Assembly (NCBI GenBank): GCA_964563515.1
Contig: CAZLYT010000716.1
Coordinates: forward strand, 29,451 to 93,450
Reading direction: 5' to 3'
Length of the DNA stretch: 64,000 nucleotides
From: an uncultured Candidatus Competibacteraceae bacterium
GTDB lineage: Bacteria; Pseudomonadota; Gammaproteobacteria; Competibacterales; JAHEDQ01
Both the position numbers and the translations under genes were made by a program. Positions 46,212-54,921 of the stretch are shown here, in pieces. Under the pieces are notes generated by a model, which searched no databases, had not been told where the DNA came from, and was given only the letters and a program-made list of their open reading frames with translations. Positions within the stretch are counted from its first letter, which is position 1; every line of letters starts with the position of its first letter.

Positions 46212-47528
46212 GTGAGACCGGTAAACGTGGGCTTGCTCGGGCTTGGTACCGTAGGCCGAGGCACCGTCACCGTGCTCGAGCGCAACGCTCGAGAGATCGA
46301 GCGACGTGCAGGGCGAGGTATTCGTGTGGTTCGGGCCGCGGTGCGGGACGTTACCCGCGATCGCGGACTGGGCCAGATCGAACTGGAGCTGACCACGTCT
46401 GCGGAGGAGGTGGTTGACGATCCTGAGGTCGCCGTGGTCGTAGAGCTGATTGGCGGCATCGAGCCAGCCCGTGAGCTGGTGCTGCGTGCCATCGAGCAGG
46501 GCAAGCACGTGGTCACGGCCAATAAAGCCCTGATTGCGCTCCACGGCAACGAAATCTTCGATGCTGCCGGCCGCTACGGCGTGGTTGTCGCCTTCGAAGC
46601 TGCAGTAGCCGGTGGCATCCCCATCATCAAGGCGGTGCGCGAGGGCTTGGCCGGAAACCGCATCGAGTGGTTGGCCGGTATCATCAACGGCACCGGCAAC
46701 TTCATTCTCACCGAGATGCGCGAGCACGGCCGGGCTTTCACTGACGTACTGGCGCAAGCCCAAGCATTGGGATATGCCGAAGCTAATCCCTCCTACGACG
46801 TGGAGGGCATCGATTCGGCCCACAAGCTCACGATTCTGGCCTCGATCGCGTTCGGCATCCCCCTGCAGTTCCACCGGGTCTTCACCGAGGGCATCAGCCG
46901 AATCACACCGGCAGACATTGCCTACGCCGAAGAGCTGGGTTACCGCATCAAGCATCTCGGAGTGGCGCGCTGCCATGAGCGGGGCGTGGAGCTGCGGGTC
47001 CACCCGACCCTGATTCCCAGACGGCGCCTCATCGCCAACGTGGACGGCGTCATGAATGCAGTCCTGGTCAAGGGCGACGCCCTCGGTCCCACCCTGTATT
47101 ACGGCGCGGGCGCTGGCGCCGAAGCCACCGCGTCGGCGGTAGTGGCCGATCTCATCGACGTGGTGCGGGTGCTCACCTCGGACCCGGAAAACCGTGTCCC
47201 CCATCTAGCGTTTCAGCCGGACGCGCTCTCCGATCTTCCGATCCTGCCGATCGAAGACATCGTGACTGCCTACTATCTGCGTCTCGAGGCCGAGGATCGG
47301 CCGGGGGTATTGGCAGACATCACCCGCATCCTGGGTGATGCCGGAATCAGCATCGAGGCCATTCTGCAAAAGGAACCACTCGCTGGCGCTCGCCATGTGC
47401 CAATCATCATGCTCACCCATCGGGTGATCGAGGGGCACATGAATCAAGCCATCGCAGCCATGGAGGCCCTGCCGAGCGTGAACGGTCACGTCACCCGCAT
47501 CCGGCTCGAGCATCTGGACGCCAGCTGA
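46212..47528 (+). CDS. hom: Homoserine dehydrogenase
   Basis: NAD-binding VGLLGLGTVG and a C-terminal ACT domain (YYLRLEAEDRPGVLADITRILG). GTG 46212 chosen, with AGGAGAA upstream. The ORF-track start at 46104 overlaps the aminotransferase. Confidence 0.92.
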   Translation: MRPVNVGLLGLGTVGRGTVTVLERNAREIERRAGRGIRVVRAAVRDVTRDRGLGQIELELTTSAEEVVDDPEVAVVVELIGGIEPARELVLRAIEQGKHVVTANKALIALHGNEIFDAAGRYGVVVAFEAAVAGGIPIIKAVREGLAGNRIEWLAGIINGTGNFILTEMREHGRAFTDVLAQAQALGYAEANPSYDVEGIDSAHKLTILASIAFGIPLQFHRVFTEGISRITPADIAYAEELGYRIKHLGVARCHERGVELRVHPTLIPRRRLIANVDGVMNAVLVKGDALGPTLYYGAGAGAEATASAVVADLIDVVRVLTSDPENRVPHLAFQPDALSDLPILPIEDIVTAYYLRLEAEDRPGVLADITRILGDAGISIEAILQKEPLAGARHVPIIMLTHRVIEGHMNQAIAAMEALPSVNGHVTRIRLEHLDAS

Positions 47529-47556
47529 GCGGCTATCGCTGTGGCATCCGATCGCC

Positions 47557-48576
47557 GTGGCTGAGCGGGCAATCGTCCAGCTCCTGGTTCCGGGAGCCCT
47601 GGGGCCTTGGCCCGATGCGACCGAAGCGGGCTTCCCGCTGCCGCAGACACCCAGCCTGCGGCGACTGCTCGCGGTGGCTGATCGAGGACTGGCTCGCGCC
47701 GACTTGTACGGTCTGAGCTGGGATCTCTTTGGCTTGCGATTCGACGCCGATGCCGGTCCCCCCACCGCCCCCTTGAGCCGAATTGGCGATGGCTTTGCGT
47801 CCGACGACCACTACTGGCTGCGGGCCGATCCGGTCCACCTCATCGCGGACCTGCAGACGCTGCGACTGGCAGAGCCCGCGTGGCTGGACCTGCTACCCGA
47901 GGAAGCCGACGCCTTGGCGACAACCGCCAGCGAGCTGCTGGAAGTGGTCGGCGCCATTCTGGAGCTGGCAACGCCGCAACGCTGGTACCTGCGGTTGGCC
48001 CAGGATCCCGGTCTGCGAACTCGCCACTGGGCCAACGCAGTGGATGCTGGCGCCGAGGACCTGCTGCCTACCGGTCCCGGCGCCCCGGCGTGGCGACGCC
48101 TGCTCACCGAGGTGCAGATGGCGCTCGCGGTCGACCCCGTGAACGACCAGCGTGAGCAGCGCGGTGCACCCCCGGTCAATGGCTTATGGGTTTGGGGTGG
48201 CGGGCGCATGCCGCAACCGGTGGCCAGATGCCCGGTGACCGCGCTATGCGCAGCCGACCCGATTTTGGTGGGTCTGGCAAGGCTTTGCGATGTGACTGAA
48301 TGCGCTGACTTCGGCGCTGCGACGAACTCAGCAGGCAACCTATTGGTCCACGACGATGCGGCCACCATTCCTGCCCGGGAACGGGCGCTGGAGGCTTGGA
48401 TAGAGGCCCTCGAAGAGCTCGAGCGTCGTTATTTCGAGCCCCTCTTGCGCGCACTTCGTGGCGGGACCGTCGATTGTGTCGAGCTGTATCCCCTGCGCGG
48501 CACCAGCTATCGCATAAGACGGCGGATGTTGCGGCGTTTCTGGCGCAGTGACCCTAGCCTGTGCAGCTACCTGTGA
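47557..48576 (+). CDS. Conserved hypothetical protein (possibly RpfE-type; function unknown)
   Basis: 339-aa ORF with coding-like GC3 and no recognisable catalytic motif. Landmarks are HYWLRADPVHL and NGLWVWGGG. Its stop overlaps a recJ candidate start (GTGA at 48573-48576). Confidence 0.7.
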   Translation: MAERAIVQLLVPGALGPWPDATEAGFPLPQTPSLRRLLAVADRGLARADLYGLSWDLFGLRFDADAGPPTAPLSRIGDGFASDDHYWLRADPVHLIADLQTLRLAEPAWLDLLPEEADALATTASELLEVVGAILELATPQRWYLRLAQDPGLRTRHWANAVDAGAEDLLPTGPGAPAWRRLLTEVQMALAVDPVNDQREQRGAPPVNGLWVWGGGRMPQPVARCPVTALCAADPILVGLARLCDVTECADFGAATNSAGNLLVHDDAATIPARERALEAWIEALEELERRYFEPLLRALRGGTVDCVELYPLRGTSYRIRRRMLRRFWRSDPSLCSYL

Positions 48577-50318
48577 AGCCCGAGGGCAGATTTCCGGACC
48601 CAGAGATTCGGCGCCGGCCGCAGCCCGCGGTGGTCGATCTTCCGCAGGCGCTGCCCGCGGTGCTGAGGAGGGTGTACGCCGCCCGCGGCCTGCGCGCCAA
48701 TCAGCTCAGTCTTGGCCTGGGCGCGTTGGCCCCACCGCGGCTGCGAGGTCTCGATGCCGCCTGCGCGCTGCTGACGACCATGCTTCACAACGACGCCTCG
48801 ATACTGGTCATCGGCGACTACGATGCAGATGGGGCCAGCGGCTGTGCCGTCGCGGTTCGGGGCCTGCGCGTGCTGGGTGCCAAACGAGTCGACTACTTGG
48901 TACCAAATCGATTCAGCTACGGCTACGGGCTCAGTCCCGAGATAGTGCGCTTGGCCGCCGAGCGCCAGCCCGACCTGCTGGTTACCGTGGACAACGGCAT
49001 CGCCAGCATTGCCGGGGTCGAGGCCGCCCACGCCATCGGTGTGCCGGTGCTGATCACCGACCACCATCTCCCCGGCAACCGCCTACCCGACGCGGCTGCC
49101 ATTGTCAACCCCAACCAACCCGGTTGCGCGTTTGCGAGCAAGCACCTGGCGGGCGTGGGCGTCGTGTTCTATCTGCTTGGCGCCCTGCGGGCTCAGCTGC
49201 GACAGCGCGACTGGTTCCAGCGCCGCAACCTGCCCGATCCCAATCTGGCGGCGCTGCTCGATCTGGTGGCACTGGGCACGGTGGCCGATCTGGTGCCCTT
49301 GGATCACAACAATCGCATCCTGGTCGAGCAGGGACTGCGCCGCATTCGCGCGGGTGCCGCGTCTCCAGGCGTGCTGGCTCTGGCCCAGGTCGCTGGCCGC
49401 GACCATCGCGAGCTGGTGGCGGCAGATCTGGGCTTTGCCTTGGCACCTCGCCTGAACGCAGCCGGCAGACTGGAGGACATGTCCCAGGGCATCGAATGCC
49501 TACTCTGCGAGGAGGCTGATCGCGCGCTGGAACTGGCGCAAGAGCTCGATCGGCTGAACCGGGAACGCCGCAGCCTACAAGCACGGATGGAGAACCAAGC
49601 GCAGCAGGCGATCGATTGCCTTGAACGCGACACCCGAGGTCCCACCTTGCCGGCGGGTCTCTGCCTGTACGATGCCAGCTGGCATCAGGGGATTGTCGGC
49701 CTGGTGGCAGCCAGGATGCGCGAACGCACCCATCGCCCGGTGGTGGCGTTGGCACCGCATCGCGATGGGTGGCTCAAAGGATCGGCACGCTCCATACCAG
49801 GCTTGCATTTGCGCGACACTTTGGCCGACGTGGCCACTGGCCAGCCTGGCCTGCTGGAGCGCTTCGGGGGACATGCCATGGCCGCGGGACTATCGCTGCC
49901 GACCCTGCAGCTCGGTCGATTCCGCGCCGCCTTCGATGACGCTGTTCGTCATCGGCTAGGCTCGCAGCCACCAGTGGGTGTGATTTGGAGCGACGGCAGC
50001 TTGCGGGACGCCGAGCTCAGCTTCGAGACTGCCACTGCGCTGCGTCAGGGCGGCCCCTGGGGGCAGGGTTTTCCGGAACCCGTGTTCGACGATTGCTTCG
50101 ATCTCCTCGATATCCGAGTGGTTGGGGAGCGCCATCTTCGCCTCACGTTGCGCAAGCCCGGTACTCGCTTGCCCCTCACGGCAATCGCCTTCGGAGCAGC
50201 CGAGCACCACGCCGAGCTGAATGCGCAGGCGCTCACCATCGCCTACCGCCTGGACCTGAATCGCTATCGGGGCGAGGTCTCGATGCAGCTCATGGTGGAG
50301 CACCTGAAGTCGCCGTGA
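48561..50318 (+). CDS. recJ: Single-stranded-DNA-specific exonuclease RecJ
   Basis: DHH-family motifs VIGDYDADG and LITDHHLP, plus a DHHA1 region. The start is GTG 48561 or GTG 48573. Confidence 0.93.
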   Translation: MQLPVKPEGRFPDPEIRRRPQPAVVDLPQALPAVLRRVYAARGLRANQLSLGLGALAPPRLRGLDAACALLTTMLHNDASILVIGDYDADGASGCAVAVRGLRVLGAKRVDYLVPNRFSYGYGLSPEIVRLAAERQPDLLVTVDNGIASIAGVEAAHAIGVPVLITDHHLPGNRLPDAAAIVNPNQPGCAFASKHLAGVGVVFYLLGALRAQLRQRDWFQRRNLPDPNLAALLDLVALGTVADLVPLDHNNRILVEQGLRRIRAGAASPGVLALAQVAGRDHRELVAADLGFALAPRLNAAGRLEDMSQGIECLLCEEADRALELAQELDRLNRERRSLQARMENQAQQAIDCLERDTRGPTLPAGLCLYDASWHQGIVGLVAARMRERTHRPVVALAPHRDGWLKGSARSIPGLHLRDTLADVATGQPGLLERFGGHAMAAGLSLPTLQLGRFRAAFDDAVRHRLGSQPPVGVIWSDGSLRDAELSFETATALRQGGPWGQGFPEPVFDDCFDLLDIRVVGERHLRLTLRKPGTRLPLTAIAFGAAEHHAELNAQALTIAYRLDLNRYRGEVSMQLMVEHLKSP

Positions 50319-50424
50319 TTCCGCGCCCGGCGCCCCCATAGCTGCTCCATCGGCGACGGACCTCGCTACAATCTGCCACCACTGCCCGGCGCCTGCGCTA
50401 CATCGTAAGCGCCCGCCCGGCCTG

Positions 50425-50562
50425 TATAATGCGCGGCTCTCCCCGGGTCCGGCAGCCATCCGATGGCGGCCGGCTCACCAGTGTTGGTTCGACACGGCAG
50501 GCTCAGCGGCGCTGCCGCCAGCCCGACTCGAAGCTTAGAGCAAGCGGGACACGAGCAGAGCG
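50425..50562 (+). promoter_or_regulatory. Candidate thrC promoter (-10 TATAAT) and ~125-nt GC-rich structured leader
   Basis: Perfect TATAAT at 50425-50430 with a weak -35. Hairpins are CCGGC-a-GCCAT-ccg-ATGGC-g-GCCGG (50449-50473) and GGCAG..CTGCC (50496-50516). Confidence 0.3.
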
Positions 50563-51972
50563 ATGCTATACATCAGTACCCGCGGCGGCATGTCGTCGCG
50601 CACATTCACCGAGGCCTTGCTAGAGGGACTCGCGCCCGATGGTGGCCTCGTGGTGCCCGCACAATACCCGCAGGTGGATGCCGAAACGCTGCAGTCCTGG
50701 CGCGGCTTGGGTTACGCCGAGCTGGCCACCGAAGTGTTGCGACGATTCATCAGCGACATCCCGCCATCGGATTTGGATCGGCTCACCGCGGCAACCTACA
50801 GCCCCAACGTTTTCGGGTCACCGGACATTGCACCGCTAAGGGCGTTGGACGAGCGACTCTATTTGCTCGGGCTGTCCAACGGTCCCACTCTCGCGTTCAA
50901 GGACATGGCGATGCAACTCCTCGGGCAGCTGTTCGAGTACGCTCTGGAACGGCGGGGCCAGTCGCTCAACATTCTCGGTGCTACCAGCGGCGACACGGGT
51001 TCCAGCGCCGAGTATGCAATGCTCGGCAAGCACAATGTGCGGGTCTTCATGCTGTCGCCCCACACCGGACTGAGCCCGTTTCAGCGGGCCCAGATGTACT
51101 CGCTGGACGCACCCAACATCTTCAATATTGCGATTCGCGGCGTGTTCGACGATTGCCAGGATCTGGTCAAGGCAGTGGCCGAAGACGCCACCTTCAAGGC
51201 GCGCTATCGACTCGGAGCGGTCAATTCGATCAACTGGGCGCGTATCGCCGCCCAGGTGGTGTATTACTTCAAGGCGTGGCTGGCGCTCGACGTCGCGCCC
51301 GACACTCTGGTCTCATTTGCAGTTCCAACCGGCAACTTCGGCAATGTCTGCGCCGGTCATGTGGCGCGGCTAATGGGACTGCCCATTCACCGCTTGATGG
51401 TAGCTACCAACGAAAACGATGTCCTCGATGAGTTCTTTCGCACCGGCATCTACCGACCTCGGCCCAGTGCCGAGGTCCATCACACCTCGAGCCCGTCGAT
51501 GGACATTTCCAAGGCCTCCAATTTCGAGCGCTTGGTGTTCGATCTGCTCGGCCGGGATGCAGAGCGCCTGAACGATCTATGGGGTCGCCTGCGGGCGCGG
51601 GGCTCCATTGACCTCTCCAGACATCTCGCCATCGCCGGCGCGGGCGGCTTCGGGTTGGTTTCGGCCTCCAGCACCCACACCGATCGACTGCAAGTCATCA
51701 GGCAGGTCAGCCGGGACTGGGCCACCAAAGTGGATCCGCATACCGCAGATGGCATTAAAGTGGCACTCGAGCTGCGTCAACCCGGGGAAACGGTGGTTTG
51801 TCTGGAGACCGCGCTGCCGGCCAAGTTCGAAGCCACCATCGAGGAGGCGCTGGGGTCGGCACCGCAGCGGCCTGCCGGCTACGAAGACCTGGAGAGCCGT
51901 CCCCAGCATTGCGATTTGCTGGATCCGGATCTGGCATCGCTAAAGGACTACATCGCCGCGCGAGCGGCATGA
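50563..51972 (+). CDS. thrC: Threonine synthase
   Basis: 469 aa, [10 protein letters not shown]-terminus and PLP-lysine motif GPTLAFKD. Confidence 0.94.
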   Translation: MLYISTRGGMSSRTFTEALLEGLAPDGGLVVPAQYPQVDAETLQSWRGLGYAELATEVLRRFISDIPPSDLDRLTAATYSPNVFGSPDIAPLRALDERLYLLGLSNGPTLAFKDMAMQLLGQLFEYALERRGQSLNILGATSGDTGSSAEYAMLGKHNVRVFMLSPHTGLSPFQRAQMYSLDAPNIFNIAIRGVFDDCQDLVKAVAEDATFKARYRLGAVNSINWARIAAQVVYYFKAWLALDVAPDTLVSFAVPTGNFGNVCAGHVARLMGLPIHRLMVATNENDVLDEFFRTGIYRPRPSAEVHHTSSPSMDISKASNFERLVFDLLGRDAERLNDLWGRLRARGSIDLSRHLAIAGAGGFGLVSASSTHTDRLQVIRQVSRDWATKVDPHTADGIKVALELRQPGETVVCLETALPAKFEATIEEALGSAPQRPAGYEDLESRPQHCDLLDPDLASLKDYIAARAA

Positions 51973-52012
51973 CGGTCGCCTCGAGTGGACATGCATTGCG
52001 GAGCGGAACCAC

Positions 52013-53108
52013 ATGGAGCTTAACGCCTGCTATCAGCTGGTCGACGACCTGCGAGCCCGCGAAGCGGCGCTCAGGAGGTATCTTTGACTACGCCGATAAG
52101 CACGATCGGCTGACCGAGGTCAGCCGGGAACTGGAAGATCCGGCCATCTGGAACAATCCGGAGCGCGCCCAGGCCTTGGGTCGAGAACGCGCCCAGCTGG
52201 AGGGTGTCGTCGAGCGCCTGGATCGCTTGCAACGGCGGTTGACCGATGCTGCCGAGTTGCTGGAGCTTGCCGCCGATGAGGACGACAGCCGCACCATCGA
52301 CGAAATCGCCCAGGATCTGAAAGGCTGCGAAGGGGACATCTCCGAGCTGGAGTTTCGCCGCATGTTCCGCGGCGAGCTGGACGCCACCAATGCATTCCTC
52401 GACATTCAGGCCGGATCAGGGGGCACCGAGGCCCAAGACTGGGCCGAGATGCTGTTGCGCATGTATCTGCGCTGGGCCGAGCAGCACCACTTCGAAACCG
52501 AGATTCTGGAGGCGTCGCCGGGCGAAGTGGCGGGCATCAAGAGCGCTACGGTGCGCGTGACGGGGGACCATGCCTACGGCTGGCTACGAACTGAAACCGG
52601 AGTTCACCGCCTGGTGCGCAAATCCCCCTTCGACTCCGGCAATCGCCGGCACACCTCGTTTGCGGCGGTGTTCGTGTCACCCGAGGTGGACAACGAGCTG
52701 GAAGTAGAAATCAATCCGGCGGAGCTCCGGGTTGACGTATATCGCGCCAGTGGCGCCGGCGGTCAGCACGTCAACCGCACCGAATCCGCCGTGCGCATCA
52801 CGCATCTACCCACGAACACTGTCGTGCAGTGCCAGAATGACCGCTCTCAGCACAAGAATCGGGCGACTGCCATGAAGCAGTTGAAGGCCAAGCTGTACGA
52901 ACTCGAGCAGCAGAAGCGGCGCGCCGAGCAGGCCGCAGTGGAGGAAACCAAGGCGGACATCGGCTGGGGCAGCCAGATTCGCTCCTACGTGCTCGATCAG
53001 TCCCGAATCAAGGACCTGCGCACCGGCGTCGAGGTCGGCAACACCCAGGCGGTGCTCGACGGCGACCTTGACGGATTCATCGAGGCGAGCCTGAAAAGCG
53101 GGCTCTAG
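52013..53108 (+). CDS. prfB: Peptide chain release factor 2, expressed by programmed +1 ribosomal frameshift: join(52013..52084, 52086..53108)
   Basis: Frame 0 reads [24 protein letters not shown], then in-frame TGA at 52085-52087. The +1 frame continues [12 protein letters not shown]...SPF...[16 protein letters not shown]...ASLKSGL. It is colinear with E. coli RF2, including the frameshift position. Confidence 0.93.
52073..52088 (+). other. RF2 recoding site: internal SD-like AGGAGG + TAT + slippery CTT + TGA C
   Basis: AGGAGG TAT CTT TGA C, compared with the E. coli site AGGGGG TAT CTT TGA C. Confidence 0.9.
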
Positions 53109-53131
53109 CCCACAGCAAAGAAGAGCAAATC

Positions 53132-54628
53132 ATGTCCGAGGTCAACGAGGAGCACCGCCTGCTCGCCCAACGCCGGGACAAGCTGCGGGCACTGCGGCAG
53201 GCCGGTGTGGCCTTCCCGAACGACTTCCGCCGCAATGTGGTCGCCGGCGAATTGCACGCCGAATATGGCGAGCGCAGTGCCGAAGCGTTGGACGGCTTGG
53301 GATTGCGAGTGGCAGTCGCCGGGCGCCTGATGACCAAGCGCATCATGGGCAAAGCCAGCTTCGCCCACCTTCGAGATATGTCCGGGGACATCCAGCTTTT
53401 CGTGCAACGTGAAACCGTCGGCGAAAAGAGTTATGCCGCCTTCAAGAGCTACGATCTTGGGGATATCGTCGGCGCCGAGGGGACCTTGTTCCGGACCCGA
53501 ACTGGGGAGCTGTCGATCCGGGTGGACTCACTTCGCCTTCTGGTCAAAGCGCTGCGCCCATTGCCAGATAAGTTTCATGGACTGAGCGACCAGGAACAAC
53601 GCTATCGGCAGCGCTACTTGGACCTGATCGTCAATGATGACTCGCGCCGGATCTTCCAAATCCGGTCCCGCATCATTCGCCATATCCGCGCCTTCTTCGA
53701 CGCCCGGGGCTTTCTCGAGGTAGAAACACCGATGATGCAGCCGATTCCGGGGGGCGCTACCGCACGTCCTTTCGCCACCCATCACAATGCGCTGGACATG
53801 CAATTGTTTCTGCGCATCGCCCCGGAGCTCTATTTGAAACGCCTGGTGGTGGGCGGACTGGAGAAGGTTTACGAGATCAACCGGAATTTTCGTAACGAGG
53901 GGGTATCCGCCCGCCACAACCCCGAGTTCACCATGCTGGAGTTCTACCAAGCCTACGCTAGCTACGAGGATTGCATGAATCTCACCGAGGAGCTCCTGCG
54001 GCGACTCTGTCGTGAAATTCTTGGCTCCACCCAGCTGACCTACCAAAGCCAGCACATCGACTTTGGCATACCATTCTCGCGAGTGACGCTGGCCGATGCG
54101 GTGCTCGCGCACAACCACGATCTCGGTGTCAACGAGTTGACGGACCTGGAGGCGCTGCAACGCTACGCGCGGGGCTGCGGTATCGAGCCCCAAGCCACTT
54201 GGGGCTCCGGCAAGCTCCTCGTGGAGATCTTCGAACGGACCGTTGAACATGGCCTCAAGGATCCCACTTTCATTACCGCCTATCCCACGGAGGTCTCGCC
54301 GCTGTCCAGACGTAATGACGCGGACCCTTCGATCACCGACCGTTTCGAGCTATTTGTGGGCGGCAGGGAGATCGCCAACGGCTTCTCTGAGCTCAACGAC
54401 TACGAGGACCAGGCCGAGCGATTTCGTCGCCAGGTGCTGGAAATGGAAGCTGGCGACGACGAGGCCATGCATTTTGACGCCGACTACGTGTGTGCCCTGG
54501 AACACGGCATGCCTCCTACAGCGGGAGAGGGTATCGGCATCGACCGTCTGGTCATGTTGTTCACCGATGCAGCCTCGATTCGAGAGGTGCTGCTGTTTCC
54601 GCATATGCGCCCGCAAGCTCAAACATAG
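53132..54628 (+). CDS. lysS: Lysine--tRNA ligase (class II)
   Basis: 498 aa with an OB anticodon-binding N-domain and class II motifs ([16 protein letters not shown]). Conserved prfB-lysS pairing. Confidence 0.96.
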   Translation: MSEVNEEHRLLAQRRDKLRALRQAGVAFPNDFRRNVVAGELHAEYGERSAEALDGLGLRVAVAGRLMTKRIMGKASFAHLRDMSGDIQLFVQRETVGEKSYAAFKSYDLGDIVGAEGTLFRTRTGELSIRVDSLRLLVKALRPLPDKFHGLSDQEQRYRQRYLDLIVNDDSRRIFQIRSRIIRHIRAFFDARGFLEVETPMMQPIPGGATARPFATHHNALDMQLFLRIAPELYLKRLVVGGLEKVYEINRNFRNEGVSARHNPEFTMLEFYQAYASYEDCMNLTEELLRRLCREILGSTQLTYQSQHIDFGIPFSRVTLADAVLAHNHDLGVNELTDLEALQRYARGCGIEPQATWGSGKLLVEIFERTVEHGLKDPTFITAYPTEVSPLSRRNDADPSITDRFELFVGGREIANGFSELNDYEDQAERFRRQVLEMEAGDDEAMHFDADYVCALEHGMPPTAGEGIGIDRLVMLFTDAASIREVLLFPHMRPQAQT

Positions 54629-54679
54629 GGAGACGCTGGTCAATGCCTGCAACCGCGCACGGATTGATCGGCGTCTCCC
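54628..54679 (+). repeat. Stop-codon-anchored palindromic element, copy B
   Basis: GGGAGACGCTGGTCAATGC-ctgcaaccgcgcac-GGATTGATCGGCGTCTCCC. The first G is the last base of the lysS TAG. Colinear with copy A at 19945-19996. Confidence 0.65.
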
Positions 54680-54921
54680 TGGTGGCGTACCCGCTGAGTT
54701 CAGCCACACATCGTTGCTGTCACATGCCATTGATGACCGCGCCTGTCAGGTCGACCCAGCGGATCACTCGAGCTGCCAGCGTGGCGAAAAGAGTCGGCGC
54801 ACTAATGGCAATCGTCTGATTTTCCACTGGCGCTCGTGGGCGTGTTAATGTCGTGTAACAGGACGGCCATTCGAGGCGGGCCCGGTCCCGGCTTCCCAGG
54901 CCTGGTTAGCACCCTGCTGCG

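Noticed and set aside
48548-49519. 323-aa Arg/Gly/Pro-rich plus-strand ORF inside recJ
   Set aside because: This is an alternative frame of recJ with extreme Arg/Gly/Ala composition, a frame artefact of GC-rich coding DNA.
51798-52012. 5' extension of the RF2 ORF back into thrC (track entry 51798-53108)
   Set aside because: The extension overlaps the thrC 3' end and is not RF2-like. The canonical short frame-0 ORF plus the CTT TGA C frameshift site explains the locus better.
54644-54819. 58-codon plus-strand ORF (MPATAHGLIGVSLVAY...) downstream of lysS
   Set aside because: It starts inside the palindromic element, has no RBS, has lower GC3 than neighbouring genes by eye, and shows no recognisable family features.
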